From: Candidatus Bathyarchaeota archaeon
Lineage (GTDB): Archaea; Thermoproteota; Bathyarchaeia; Bathyarchaeales; Bathycorpusculaceae
Direction of reading: 5' to 3'
DNA: 64,000 nucleotides
NCBI GenBank assembly: GCA_963695285.1
Contig: OY968763.1
Coordinates: forward strand, 950,859 to 1,014,858
Shown: piece by piece, positions 41,834-52,623 of the stretch
Numbering within the stretch: position 1 is the stretch's first letter
Layout: each line of letters starts with the position of its first letter
The notes under the pieces: generated by a model
Told to the model about the DNA's origin: nothing
Databases searched by the model: none
Seen by the model: only the letters and a program-made list of their open reading frames with translations
Made by a program: the position numbers and the translations under genes

Positions 41834-42637
41834 TTGGCGAAAACAATAATGCAACAACCAAACAAACTCGCGGTCCTAACTGAACCAACGTTGGCGGAAG
41901 CTGCCGTGCTCATCGAGAAAGCATTTGCGCAGAGAAGAACACTCATTGTCGCTGGCAACTGCCACGTGCAGTATGTCGGCAGAGCACGGTCAACGCTGGA
42001 ACCGGGCGAACGCCTCCTAATCATCAAATCCGACGGCTCACTTCTTGTCCACCGACCAGTCGGCTACGAACCCGTCAACTGGCAACCTGCAGGCAGCATC
42101 TTCCACGTCCAAGTCAAAGACGATGGATTAGAGGTTCATGGGGTTCGCCAGAAACCGCGGGAAAGCGTCCGCGTAACCTTCGCCAACATCTACATGGTTT
42201 CCTCGCTTAACCTCTCCGATTCAGGAGATTTCCTCCTACACGCTAGCGAAGATGATATGCACCGTGCGATTCTTCTTAAGCCTGAACTTCTCGAAGAGGG
42301 TTTTAAGCCGATTAGCTGGGAGAAAAAAGTTGAGCCTGGCTTTGTGGATATCTATGGCGAGGACAAAAACGGCAAACTCGTCATCGTAGAGGTTAAACGC
42401 AAAACCGCCTCCAAAGAGGCTGCGCTACAGCTAGCAAAATATGTTGAACCCATCAAAGCTAAAGTTAACCGTGAAGTCCGCGCGGTGTTGGTTGCGCCCA
42501 GCCTTGCTAAGGATGTGCAGCGGATGCTGGTTACGCTGGGCTTGGAGTATAAAGCGTTAGACCCGAAGGTCTGTGCGGAAGTGCTTAAGAAATCTGAGAA
42601 CTCAAAATTGGAGCGTTTCTTCGACCAGAAGCCATAG
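41834..42637 (+). CDS. nucS: Endonuclease NucS/EndoMS
   Basis: YVGRARSTL, KSDGSLLVH, EPVNWQP, VDI...VEVKR, QLAKY. Confidence 0.93.
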   Translation: MAKTIMQQPNKLAVLTEPTLAEAAVLIEKAFAQRRTLIVAGNCHVQYVGRARSTLEPGERLLIIKSDGSLLVHRPVGYEPVNWQPAGSIFHVQVKDDGLEVHGVRQKPRESVRVTFANIYMVSSLNLSDSGDFLLHASEDDMHRAILLKPELLEEGFKPISWEKKVEPGFVDIYGEDKNGKLVIVEVKRKTASKEAALQLAKYVEPIKAKVNREVRAVLVAPSLAKDVQRMLVTLGLEYKALDPKVCAEVLKKSENSKLERFFDQKP

Positions 42638-42645
42638 TTTCAAAC

Positions 42646-43055
42646 TTATGGGTTGCGGTTTATGCGCCAAGTCAAGGCGCTATAGACTGAAATCAATAAA
42701 AGAGCGACTAAAACCGCAATTTTGATGACGTGTAAACGCTTGAACTGTAGACCAGAGTAGGATTGCCGCTGGAAATGGACCCGACCAGAAGGTAGAAGAA
42801 GATGGCTACGGCTAATCCATAGTTGTGTTTGTAGTCTTTGAGGCTGCGTTTCCCAAAATACAATGCAGCTATTCTGCCTAAGCCGTAGGTGCATTTTTTG
42901 CAGTGGTAGCAGGGTCGAAGGCAACCGAGGAATTTTAGGACGCCGTAGATGCCGATGAGCGCAGCAAAGAGGAATGTGATTCCAGCGGTCCAGCTGAAAA
43001 GCCACAAACCTGCAATGTCTAGTACAATCCAGAATGCGACGGCGAGGTTGCCCAA
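42646..43055 (-). CDS. Membrane protein with Cys cluster, frameshifted
   Basis: TM helices flanking CLRPCYHCKKCTYG. Confidence 0.55.
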
Positions 43056-43277
43056 TATGGCGAAGGTTTTTGGGAACTCTATAGTTTCGCTAATTTTCCG
43101 CTTCCCCGCCAGCTTAGTGTGGAACGATGGATAAGAAAGTTTCCAGCTTAACCACTTTCACGATTTAGCATCTATAGAAAGCTACCAGAAAACTGGGCAA
43201 ACTACAAAAATTTAACATGCTAATTACTAGAAAATCGCCAATACGACCTACCCCCCCTTAGGACTCCATACCAGCGA

Positions 43278-43327
43278 CCTCCCCCTATAGGTTTTCTGCA
43301 ATGATTGACTATTAGGATCCAAATATG
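43278..43327 (-). repeat. Dispersed ~50-bp intergenic repeat, copy B
   Basis: Reverse complement matches 23173..23223 in an 18-bp block and a ~23-bp block. Confidence 0.85.
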
Positions 43328-43448
43328 CCCAAAATAATTTGTGTGCTGAGCCATGGTGTTATACTGCTTTAAGAATTAAATTGATGTTGAAACTAAATAG
43401 TGAAAAGCATGCAAGTCCAAAAAGAACATGCTTCAACCTTTTTTTGTT

Positions 43449-44015
43449 TTATTCTTTTGGTTTGTTGTTTTCTGCTGGAACAAAAACTGCTGCTGCAACA
43501 GTGGTGGTCCACAGCCCGTTTTTGTCTCCTGCTGCAGATTGGGTTATGTTAGCTGTTTTGATGATGAGCCCGGTGGTTTTGAAGAGTTGTTTACGTTCGT
43601 CCCATGCGGTTTCTGGGTCAAATTGGATGCCCATGGTTGTTGCAAGCATAGTGGCGGCGAGGTCTTCTGCATAGTCGCCTGCTGACTCGTCGGTTTGTCC
43701 GTAGGAGTGGTGTTCGCTGAGGTAGCCGTACTGGTTTTTGCCTGAGGGAATAGCTACGCCGATGGATGAGGCTACGAGCCTGTGGGGTTCGTTGGTGGCG
43801 TTGCGGGCGATGACGACAAACGTGATTTCACCGGGCTGAATCAGCTTTAAGCCTTTTTCCCGTGTGAGCAGTTCACATGCAGGCGGAACAATGCTTGATA
43901 CGCTGACGAGGTTGCACATTTGTATGCCGGCGTCTCGTAGGGCTAATTCGAATGATTGGAGTTGCTCTTTATGTTTACCAACCCCTTTAGTGAAAAAGAA
44001 GTATCTTGGTATCAT
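43449..44015 (-). CDS. pdaD: Pyruvoyl-dependent arginine decarboxylase
   Basis: [21 protein letters not shown] cleavage site, YGYLSEHH. Confidence 0.92.
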   Translation of the reverse strand: MIPRYFFFTKGVGKHKEQLQSFELALRDAGIQMCNLVSVSSIVPPACELLTREKGLKLIQPGEITFVVIARNATNEPHRLVASSIGVAIPSGKNQYGYLSEHHSYGQTDESAGDYAEDLAATMLATTMGIQFDPETAWDERKQLFKTTGLIIKTANITQSAAGDKNGLWTTTVAAAVFVPAENNKPKE

Positions 44016-44155
44016 GTTAGTGTCGGAAAATAGGATTGCTGAATGCATTTATTAGTGTTTTGTTTTAAAACCTCAGTCTGTGGATAGATACACCTCATCT
44101 CTTGCACACTTTCCCTTTTCTTTTTCGTGATAATTAGCCATTTCTTGCCTAAGAT

Positions 44156-44923
44156 TTGTCACCAATTAAATGGGTTTCCACACATGAGCAAAACTATTCT
44201 GATTTCCAAGATAAACCGCAAAAATACGAAATGCCTGATGGCATTACCTATTCGGTTGTTCGTGTTCATGGAGAAGAAAAGCTCTTTGATTTTCAGAACC
44301 GTCGATACTACAGACCAAACACTTTTACCAAGAAAAATAAAAAGCATTTCATGAGAGTTAGAGCTGACGTTAATCTAGCTATCACTAAAACAGAAAGAAT
44401 TGATTTCTTAACCTTAACAACAAAGTACGAAAAGGAAAATCCACAGAACAGGCTTGATAGAATCGACGATATGAATTATGCTTTTACTAAACTAAAACAG
44501 AAAATAGAATATTATTGGCAAAAAAAGCGTTATTTAAAATTCTGCAGGAAAAATTGTTTAGAATCTTTTGAGATACACGCTCGCAAGAAAAGCGTAAAGT
44601 ACCCTGAATATTGGGATATGTTCCGCTCTAAATTGAAATACATTAAAGTTAAAACATCTGAAGGTGGAGGAGTCTTGCACATTATTTTCCATAAGCCCAG
44701 AGATTATCCACCGATTCCAAAAGAATGGTTACATAAGCAATGGCTTAAAATTTGGGGTTCTTGGAATACATCGATTGAGAACAAAACTAAGCCTGATTTA
44801 CGGGGGGTTTGTGGTCTTGATTTTAATGTTGCTCTTGGGTTGCATTACCATTGGTGGGATTGTCGTCTTGGTTCGCCGAAATGGCAAGGTGGCTATAACA
44901 TTACGATTTGGCTCGATAAATAA
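44156..44923 (+). pseudogene. Truncated rolling-circle replication initiator (HUH Rep-like) of a plasmid/virus remnant
   Basis: Motif I FLTLT and motif II-like EGGGVLHIIF, then W..IWG; no YxxK motif III; AT-rich context. Confidence 0.55.
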
Positions 44924-45086
44924 CAAAACCATTTAAAGGATATTATTTGGCGATAATAGATTTATGCGCTCTAAGTACTCTACGTAGAGCAATTATACTA
45001 TGCCAGTCATTCATAAAACTTATTCTCATAGTCACAAAAATTTAAATCAAGAAGATGATAGATAACAGGGTCAGGACTGAAGCTTT

Positions 45087-46355
45087 GTGGACAAAGCAGA
45101 CTTAGAAGCTCTTGATAAATCTGAAAACGAGCGTTTGGCAGAGATCGGTAAAAAATATGAAAGGGATCAGCTGCCGGTCTTTTCTCACTTTAAGGACAAA
45201 ATTGTAAAACAAACTCTCGGAATGGGTAATCAAGTTTTTATGAGTGGATTTTACAGAGATATGCTTCCAGCGACAGTTCCTTTTAGTGATCGTGTTTTCG
45301 TTCAGATTTGCAATTCTTGTGAGTGTAGTAAAGCCCCAAATTTGCTCATGCCTTATTTAGAGAGAGGTCTAATTGTTCCAGTACTTAACAACGATTTTGC
45401 CCTATATCGTCCCGATTTTATTGACGCAATTACTCAATTTCCTTTCATTTCAGCAGCGGAGTTTTTTGAGATTCGCAAGTTTGAATTAAAGCGAGAAAGT
45501 AAAATGGCTCTTGCAAGCCAACGTGAAATAGAAGCAATCGAGAGAAAGTGTTACAATTCATCAAAGAATTTTCCCAATATTTCAAATGAGCTTGAACGGA
45601 CTCTTGCATCTATTTTTAATGACTTGCAACCATTCTATTCTTCGGATATAGATATTCTTCTGAATTTGATGGAGGGGCTAGACAAAAAAAATGCCAGCGA
45701 AATTAATAGAATTTACGATCTTAGTAGCATTATAGGAGCCTTCAGGACAAGTCAAGTACTTCCGTTTACACCTCAAGTGTTGGTTAAACCAAGCACATTA
45801 AAAGCAATACCAAGAGAATACAAAGGGATTACTTTTGATTCCTGTTCTCTTGAAGATGAAATAATGACGGGACTCAAAATCTCATATAATCCTTCGGTAG
45901 GGCTTGAGCAATATTTGGATATAATAGCAGAACGTAAATCTAGCATTCGAAAAATAGTACGAAGTCTAACGGAGCAAGTTAATTCCAAAAACGATTCTTC
46001 CTTAAAAAACCTTAAAGCAGAACTTGAAAGGATTAATAGCGAAGTTGAAAGCCTGAGGACATCAAAAAAATTACAGACCATAGACATAAGAACTAACTTT
46101 GTAACTCAAAACACTACTAGCTTGGTTGCAGGACTTGTTACAAGCGCCAGTATGGGTATAGGCGGATTAGGAGTTATTAATTGCGGTCTCAATGCTACGA
46201 CTAAGAAAAAAGGAAATGCTTCAGCAAAGAACGCTATTGGTTTCCATAATGGTACTTTTTTTGATTCATCGTATGAACGAGTTTTAGCTAAAACACTCTC
46301 AACTGACATCCGTGTTATTCAGATTTGGGAAATTAGAAATAAGCTTGGAACATAG
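45087..46355 (+). CDS. Hypothetical protein in AT-rich island
   Basis: 422-aa ORF with coiled coil and Gly-rich hydrophobic segment near the C-terminus. Confidence 0.7.
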   Translation: MDKADLEALDKSENERLAEIGKKYERDQLPVFSHFKDKIVKQTLGMGNQVFMSGFYRDMLPATVPFSDRVFVQICNSCECSKAPNLLMPYLERGLIVPVLNNDFALYRPDFIDAITQFPFISAAEFFEIRKFELKRESKMALASQREIEAIERKCYNSSKNFPNISNELERTLASIFNDLQPFYSSDIDILLNLMEGLDKKNASEINRIYDLSSIIGAFRTSQVLPFTPQVLVKPSTLKAIPREYKGITFDSCSLEDEIMTGLKISYNPSVGLEQYLDIIAERKSSIRKIVRSLTEQVNSKNDSSLKNLKAELERINSEVESLRTSKKLQTIDIRTNFVTQNTTSLVAGLVTSASMGIGGLGVINCGLNATTKKKGNASAKNAIGFHNGTFFDSSYERVLAKTLSTDIRVIQIWEIRNKLGT

Positions 46356-46394
46356 CAATCGCTTTCCGATTTTCCTATTTTTTAATTTCTAAGT

Positions 46395-47285
46395 TTATGG
46401 CAAGAAGCGGATTGAGGCAATAATACCGTTGAATACTTCACTCGAGTTAAGGTATTTTTCTTCACTATCTGTAAAAGTAAAACTGTATAATGCTTCAAGG
46501 TTTGGAACGTAGATAAAAATAAAGCATTGACACAGGTTAATTTTTTGCTTCTTTGAGCCGTCGGCTGCTATGGTATAACTGAGAACTGCTTTTAGGCTCT
46601 TTATTCCATCAACAAGTATGAATTCTTTCGTAAGGTTAACATTTTCGTATGAACCAAATTGTGCTTGAACAGTCATGAGCCCGAGTTGCACTTCTCCCTG
46701 AAGGCGGTCTTCGTACAGCTTATCTACGTCTGTTTTTTTTATGTCTATCAATTGAAAGCTTTCTAGTTTGCCGTTGTTTGTCGCAGTCACTTTAAGTCCT
46801 TCAAGATTTTTATAGAAAAGCTTTAGGTCCTCTTTGCTCTGATAGGACACGACAAAATTTGCAACTGTCTCACCCTGCCTTTCAACCTGTTTTTCTATAA
46901 ATTGGTAAAGAATGCCTTGTCTTGGCAGCCACCTTTCAGGTCTTGAGAATACCAACTTATGTTTTTCGTCAACCTCAATTGAATGTCCGGGCGGTGTGGG
47001 TGCACCCCTAATTAACTTACTTTGCAGCTCTGCAATTTGGTCTCTGTACTTTGAGAGCTCGTCAGCAGTCACCTGTTTATAGAACTGAAAGGTAATTGAT
47101 GTCAGCAGGATTGCGCTGAATGCGAATCCAGCGATAGCGCCCCCCAAACTCCAATTCTGAACGGTAACTTGAGCTGTTGACTGCAAAATGCCAAAAAAAA
47201 TCCAGCCTACAAGCACACTTACTGCAAAAATGGTGATGCCAGAAACGAGGGCAAATAACATTCTGTTATCGGAAAGTTTATTCAT
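46395..47285 (-). CDS. Hypothetical protein, two N-terminal TM helices plus soluble domain
   Basis: About 296-aa ORF, TM-TM (LGGAIAGF) then coiled coil; AT-rich. Confidence 0.7.
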   Translation of the reverse strand: MNKLSDNRMLFALVSGITIFAVSVLVGWIFFGILQSTAQVTVQNWSLGGAIAGFAFSAILLTSITFQFYKQVTADELSKYRDQIAELQSKLIRGAPTPPGHSIEVDEKHKLVFSRPERWLPRQGILYQFIEKQVERQGETVANFVVSYQSKEDLKLFYKNLEGLKVTATNNGKLESFQLIDIKKTDVDKLYEDRLQGEVQLGLMTVQAQFGSYENVNLTKEFILVDGIKSLKAVLSYTIAADGSKKQKINLCQCFIFIYVPNLEALYSFTFTDSEEKYLNSSEVFNGIIASIRFLP

Positions 47286-47779
47286 GCCTGAACGCCAGAG
47301 AATCAAACATATTTATTTTGTACTATATTTATTTTTGTAAAATTGACAGAGTGATTGATAGGGAATACCGCAAAAGAAGATACGGGAATAAAAGCCTTAA
47401 CGAAAATGCTCTAAAATAACTAGCGATTGCTAGATATATTTACTAATTACAGGGGCGGATATGCTCCCTCCCTGAGGCTTACTCTCCAATAAACAAATTT
47501 CTTAAGCCGTAAAAGTGTAAGCCCCCTCCTCTATTGGGGTGTCAACCGCAAGCCAATAAATGAGGGGTTCCTTGCTTGCAAGGGGTGCTAACTTGGAAAA
47601 GCTGGTTAGACTAAAAACGGCGAAATGATAATCAACGGCGTGCAGATGCACTTTTACCATAAGCCTGAGCGTTTCAGAACGCCTAAATTTATTAGGATTT
47701 CCTGTAAAATCATATGTTTGTGTTTTAAAACCTAATATTATCCAAAAAGAATACAGTCCTTCACCTGAGGAATCTTCAG

Positions 47780-48970
47780 ATGGCGCCGCATCAAAGCGTG
47801 TTCAAAGACGAATCCAAGCTTGACATAAACTACATTCCTCAGAAGCTGCCGCACAGGGAAACCCAGCATCGTCTTCTCATGGAATTCTTCAACTTTATCC
47901 TGCGGTGCCCAGAAAAAATGGCTCAGCGAGTCATCTTAACGGGCGATGTGGGCACGGGAAAAACCGCGCTTGCACAACATTTTGGCGCAAGCATTACTTC
48001 GGAAGCTAACAAGCGGGGTATAAAATTCCGTTATGTCCACGTTAACTGCCGGGAATACCGAGGCAGCCTCCAACCGATTCTGCATCGTGCCGTCACCGTT
48101 TTCCGCCCTAACTACCCCTCACGTGGCTATGGCGCCGAAGAAGTCCTCTCTACGCTCATGCAGGTTTTAGATGAAGAAAACGCCCACATGATACTAACCC
48201 TCGATGAGTTCGATAGCTTAATCGAGAAGGAAGGCTCAGACGCAGTCTATAAGCTTACTCGGCTGCAGGAGATGCGGCAGGGCAAACCACAGAGGTTATC
48301 TTTTATTTTTATTATGCGTGACTTGAAAGCGATTGGGCAGTTGGATGAGAGCGCCAAAAGCACCTTGCAACGCAGCATCATCAGCTTGGAACGCTACGGC
48401 AAAGCCCAACTCATCGATATTCTAAACGACCGCGTTGCAACGGCGTTTGAGTATGGCGCCGTTCCCGAGGACGTGGTGGATTTGATTGCGGAGTTGGCTT
48501 TCACCGAAACTGGCAACGCTCGGTTTGGAATTGAGTTGTTGTGGCGTTCGGGCAAATACGCTGATGCACAGGAAGCGGGTTGTGTGGAGCCTGAATGTGT
48601 CCGCATGGCAGTGTCCAGCATCATTCCAGGGTTGCGGCGTAGCGAACTGGCATCTCTGGGGTTGCATGAGAAACTGTTCCTGCTTGCGGTTGCGCGGTAT
48701 TTCAAGGAGAATGAGCAGGCTTACGTTTCGCTGTCTGAAGTGGAGAAAGCCTACGCGGTTGTATGCGAAGAATTCGATGAGGCACCCAACGGTCATACAC
48801 AAATCTGGAATTACGCCCAGTACCTTTCAAAGCTTGGGGTTTTGAAAACTGAGGTTGCAACCGCCGAGGCACGTGGACGGACAACGAGGCTTTCCCTGCC
48901 GTCGATTCCTGCGGGCGAATTAGAGAAGGAATTAACTGCAAGTTTGCATGCGGAAAAAGGTCGGATTTAG
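47780..48970 (+). CDS. cdc6: Orc1/Cdc6 replication initiator
   Basis: YIPQKLPHRE, GDVGTGKT, VNC, LDEFD, GNARFGIELL, C-terminal WH with RGRT. Confidence 0.93.
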   Translation: MAPHQSVFKDESKLDINYIPQKLPHRETQHRLLMEFFNFILRCPEKMAQRVILTGDVGTGKTALAQHFGASITSEANKRGIKFRYVHVNCREYRGSLQPILHRAVTVFRPNYPSRGYGAEEVLSTLMQVLDEENAHMILTLDEFDSLIEKEGSDAVYKLTRLQEMRQGKPQRLSFIFIMRDLKAIGQLDESAKSTLQRSIISLERYGKAQLIDILNDRVATAFEYGAVPEDVVDLIAELAFTETGNARFGIELLWRSGKYADAQEAGCVEPECVRMAVSSIIPGLRRSELASLGLHEKLFLLAVARYFKENEQAYVSLSEVEKAYAVVCEEFDEAPNGHTQIWNYAQYLSKLGVLKTEVATAEARGRTTRLSLPSIPAGELEKELTASLHAEKGRI

Positions 48971-48971
48971 G

Positions 48972-49235
48972 ATGGAGCTTGAGGATGTTCTCTCGTCGAA
49001 ATCCCGCATGAAAATCCTAAAACTCATCTACCAACTGGGTTCCCTCAACGTTTCAGACGTTGCACGCCGCTTAAAACTGAACTATGCCTCAACCTCGGAG
49101 CACCTCAAAGTTTTGGAATCCGAGGGCATTCTGCAAGAGCACAAGTACGGTCGCGTTCGGATGTACAGGTTTAATGATGGTTCAGCAAAGGCTAAGGCTG
49201 TTGTATGTTTGATTGAGGCTTGGGAGAAACCGTAA
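48972..49235 (+). CDS. ArsR-like winged-helix protein coupled to cdc6
   Basis: SRMKILKL...LNVSDVARR...HLKVLE..GIL. Confidence 0.8.
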   Translation: MELEDVLSSKSRMKILKLIYQLGSLNVSDVARRLKLNYASTSEHLKVLESEGILQEHKYGRVRMYRFNDGSAKAKAVVCLIEAWEKP

Positions 49236-49254
49236 CTATTGGAAATGGAATTTA
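49235..49254 (-). repeat. Dispersed 20-bp motif, copy 2
   Basis: ACTATTGGAAATGGAATTTA is the exact reverse complement of 41195..41214. Confidence 0.8.
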
Positions 49255-49353
49255 GACCTAGGCTTGGTGAGTTAGTTTTTTAAGCGTAGACTCGGTAGAA
49301 TTACTAAGTAGTGTTTTGTTTGTGCGTTAAACGTTAGGAGCAGTAAACTTAGA

Positions 49354-50553
49354 TTGAATAAAAAAACTGTCTGGGCGGTTTTAGCCGCCGTGCTTGTTGT
49401 TGTGCTTCTTGTTACAGCTTTAGGCATCTATCAGTTTTTTCTTAAACCAGAAAGTAAACCTGACGTTTTCGTAGGGGTAGATGTGGGCTACGGGGACGCA
49501 AACGCCGTTTACACAATTGCAAACGCTGTTTCTGGATACGCCAACTTGATCATTATAGGCTCCACTGAGGTTACAGCAAACACAACAGCACTCACCAACG
49601 TCTGCGACTACCTGTATCAAAGGGGCTTTTACTTCATAGTTTACATGGGTCTTGGTAACGGAACCTTTTTTCCTCCTCAAGGTCCAACTTCCACGTTTTT
49701 CCAAGTGGCTAACAGCCGCTGGGGTACAAGGTTTTTGGGCACCTACATGTTTGACGAAGTAGGTGGAAAACAACTTGACTTTGCCCCGAACAACCCTGAT
49801 AGGCCAGCTCGTGTGGCAAGCAACTTCAGCAATGTTGCCATTCAATATTTTATTGGCGTGCAACCTTATCTGTCTCTTTACAGGGACGTCTATTACTCTG
49901 CTCCCCAGATGAAACTGTTTACTTCTGACTATGCCCTTTACTGGTATGATTACGCTTCAGGTTACGATGTGGTTTTCGCAGAATTTTTGGGAAACCAAAG
50001 TCAAAATCAAATTGCAGTTTCTCTTGACAGAGGTGCGGCAAAGTCTCAGGGCAAAGACTGGGGAGCTATCCTGACGTTTGGTCCTTCTCCTGGGAATATG
50101 TCACATGTCGCTGCCTTCGAAAACGTTAATCTTTACGACGAAATGTTGCTATCTTGGCAGAATGATGCTAAGTACATCGTTGTTTTTGATGCGCCAGGAG
50201 CAAACCACACAACAACCACTCCGTACGGTGTCCTGACAACTGAAAACTTGAACGACATGAAAAGCTTTTGGAACTACGCACACACCCATCAGAGACCCCA
50301 ACTTGATCCAGCGCAGACTGCTTATGTACTTCCCAAGGACTATGGCTACGGATTCCGCGGTCCAAACGACACAATATGGGGTTTATGGCCTGCTGATGCT
50401 CTTTCCCCAAAAATATGGAATGATGCAAATAGTTTGTTGTCAGCTTACGGCTTTAACCTGGATATAGTTTACGAAACCAAAACCGACGGTGTGCCCATTA
50501 ATCTGCAATATAAAACTCTGATTTTCTGGAATGGCACAACAATTCATGCTTAA
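49354..50553 (+). CDS. Secreted/membrane-anchored hypothetical protein (possible glycoside hydrolase-like barrel)
   Basis: N-terminal TM; YMFDEVGG, FTSDYALYWYDY. Confidence 0.65.
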   Translation: MNKKTVWAVLAAVLVVVLLVTALGIYQFFLKPESKPDVFVGVDVGYGDANAVYTIANAVSGYANLIIIGSTEVTANTTALTNVCDYLYQRGFYFIVYMGLGNGTFFPPQGPTSTFFQVANSRWGTRFLGTYMFDEVGGKQLDFAPNNPDRPARVASNFSNVAIQYFIGVQPYLSLYRDVYYSAPQMKLFTSDYALYWYDYASGYDVVFAEFLGNQSQNQIAVSLDRGAAKSQGKDWGAILTFGPSPGNMSHVAAFENVNLYDEMLLSWQNDAKYIVVFDAPGANHTTTTPYGVLTTENLNDMKSFWNYAHTHQRPQLDPAQTAYVLPKDYGYGFRGPNDTIWGLWPADALSPKIWNDANSLLSAYGFNLDIVYETKTDGVPINLQYKTLIFWNGTTIHA

Positions 50554-50670
50554 AGAAACTCCTTGTCCTTGAATTGGGCATCGACTGTGGTTTGTGTGTT
50601 TGCATCAATGAATAAAAGCAAGAAAAACAAACTATACCAAAGAACAAAACGCTGTTAGGAAGGAAAACGA

Positions 50671-51108
50671 ATGGCTATGGTAGATGTTTCGGGAAAAGCA
50701 GAAATTTACAGGGAAGCAACCGCGACTGGAACGATAAAGTTGAAGCCAGAAACGATTGGTTTAGTTCAGGCTGGGAAAATCGCTAAGGGCGATCCCCTAT
50801 ACACTGCGAAGATTGCAGGTGTGCTGGCGGCTAAAAGAACAAGCGATTTGATTCCTCTGTGTCATCCGCTGCCGTTAACGAATGTGGAAGTGGACGTGAA
50901 AGTTTCTGGTAAATCCACCGTTGCGGCTACAGCCACAGTCAAAACAAAAGCGCAAACGGGTGTGGAGATGGAAGCCCTCACAGCTGTCTCCATGGCGCTC
51001 TTAACGGTTTGGGACATGACCAAGCAGTACGAAAAAGATGCTGCTGGACAGTACCCTTCGACGGCGATTGAGAATATTCATGTTGTCAAAAAATTTAAGC
51101 AGGCGTAA
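50671..51108 (+). CDS. moaC: Cyclic pyranopterin monophosphate synthase
   Basis: MVDVSGK, LIPLCHP, TGVEMEAL. Confidence 0.95.
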   Translation: MAMVDVSGKAEIYREATATGTIKLKPETIGLVQAGKIAKGDPLYTAKIAGVLAAKRTSDLIPLCHPLPLTNVEVDVKVSGKSTVAATATVKTKAQTGVEMEALTAVSMALLTVWDMTKQYEKDAAGQYPSTAIENIHVVKKFKQA

Positions 51109-51111
51109 AAT

Positions 51112-51645
51112 ATGAGTGAAAGCTCCAAGTCACACAAGGCGAAGGCGCCTAAAACGTTGAATTTCGGCATCTACATCTGCAGCACCTCACGCTACAAGCA
51201 GATTGAGCAGGGCGAAAAAGAAGTCAGCGACGTCGGCGGAGACACCATTGTGGATTTGCTGGAAAAGGCTGGACAGAAAGTTCTCTTCAAAAAGATAATT
51301 GCCGACGACGAAACCATGATTCAAGACGCAGTGATGTATGCTATGGGTTTGTCTGCTTTGGATGTCGCAATTTTCTCGGGCGGCACAGGCATCACGCCTA
51401 CAGACATCACGATTGAAACGGTTCTGCCTTTCTTAGATAAGGTCCTGCCGGGGTTCGGCGAGTTTTTCCGCAGAATAAGCTATGACAAAGTGGGTTCGGC
51501 AGCGGTTTTGTCCCGTGCTGTGGCTGGTGTCGCGAAGGGTAAGGCAATCTTTTGTGTGCCAGGTTCGCCTGATGCTGTGAAGACTTCGGTAGAAATGCTT
51601 ATTTTGCCCGAGGCTCCTCACATCGTTAAGCATGCACGGGAATAA
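51112..51645 (+). CDS. moaB: Molybdopterin adenylyltransferase MoaB/Mog
   Basis: GGTGITPTDITIE, PGFGEFFR, SRAVAG, PGSPDA. Confidence 0.92.
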   Translation: MSESSKSHKAKAPKTLNFGIYICSTSRYKQIEQGEKEVSDVGGDTIVDLLEKAGQKVLFKKIIADDETMIQDAVMYAMGLSALDVAIFSGGTGITPTDITIETVLPFLDKVLPGFGEFFRRISYDKVGSAAVLSRAVAGVAKGKAIFCVPGSPDAVKTSVEMLILPEAPHIVKHARE

Positions 51646-51647
51646 CG

Positions 51648-52587
51648 ATGAGTTTAACAGACAACTGTGGCAGACCGCTGCTTAACCTTCGCATTTCAAT
51701 TACTCAGCGTTGCAACTACCGCTGTGCCTACTGCCACCGCGAAGGCGAAGTGCAACGTGCGAACCGCTCTGCCGAATTGATGTCTGTAGATGAAATTGTG
51801 CGCATAGCCAAAACCGCCGTAAGCTTGGGAATTGCGCGGATAAAGTTGACTGGCGGAGAACCACTCATGCGCAAGGACCTTCCCGAAATCGTCTCGGGCG
51901 TAGCCGCGGTTCCGGGCTTGCGGGATTTATCGTTAACAACTAATGGGCTGCTGCTAGGCGGCGGCATGGCAAAGAAGCTGCATGACTGCGGACTTCGCCG
52001 CGTAAACATCAGTTTGCCATCCCTAAACCCAGAAACCTACCACAAGTTAACGGGCGGAAAACTGGAAGCCGCGTTAGAAGGCATCAAAGCAGCGATTGAA
52101 GCAAAATTCCTGCCCGGTGAAGCTTAACATGGTTGTTCTAAAAGACGTCAACGTGGGCGATGTGCCCAGCATGATTGATTACGCTGGGCAAATTGGCGTT
52201 GTGCTACAGCTAATTGAGCTTGACCCAGTAAACGTCGGCGACAAATACTACAATGAACACCACCGCAGCCTAGACGAACAGGAAGATATGTTGCGTGCGC
52301 AGGCAGTCTCAATCGAAAAGCGCCCTTTCATGCACAACCGCCTAATCTACCACCTCCCAAACGCAACCGTTGAAGTTGTAAAACCCATCGAAAACAGCGA
52401 CTTCTGCATGCACTGCACCCGAATGCGCATCACAAGCGACGGCAAACTAAAACCCTGCCTAATGAGAAACGACAACCTGACCGACATTCTCACTCCGATT
52501 CGCAAAGGAGCAAGCGACGAAGAACTAAAAGAGCTATTTGTTAAGGCGAACTTGTTAAGGGAACCATACAACAAAAGCAATCAATAA
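51648..52587 (+). CDS. moaA: GTP 3',8-cyclase (radical SAM), frameshift near 52105
   Basis: CNYRCAYC, TGGEP, FCMHCTRMRITSDGKLKPCL. Confidence 0.93.
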
Positions 52588-52623
52588 TTCAGCGTCACCT
52601 GTTAGAGTTCAGTATTGTTGAGG

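Noticed and set aside
41195-49254. 20-bp motif as a CRISPR repeat
   Set aside because: Copies are isolated, kilobases apart and in mixed orientation, with no spacers and no cas genes.
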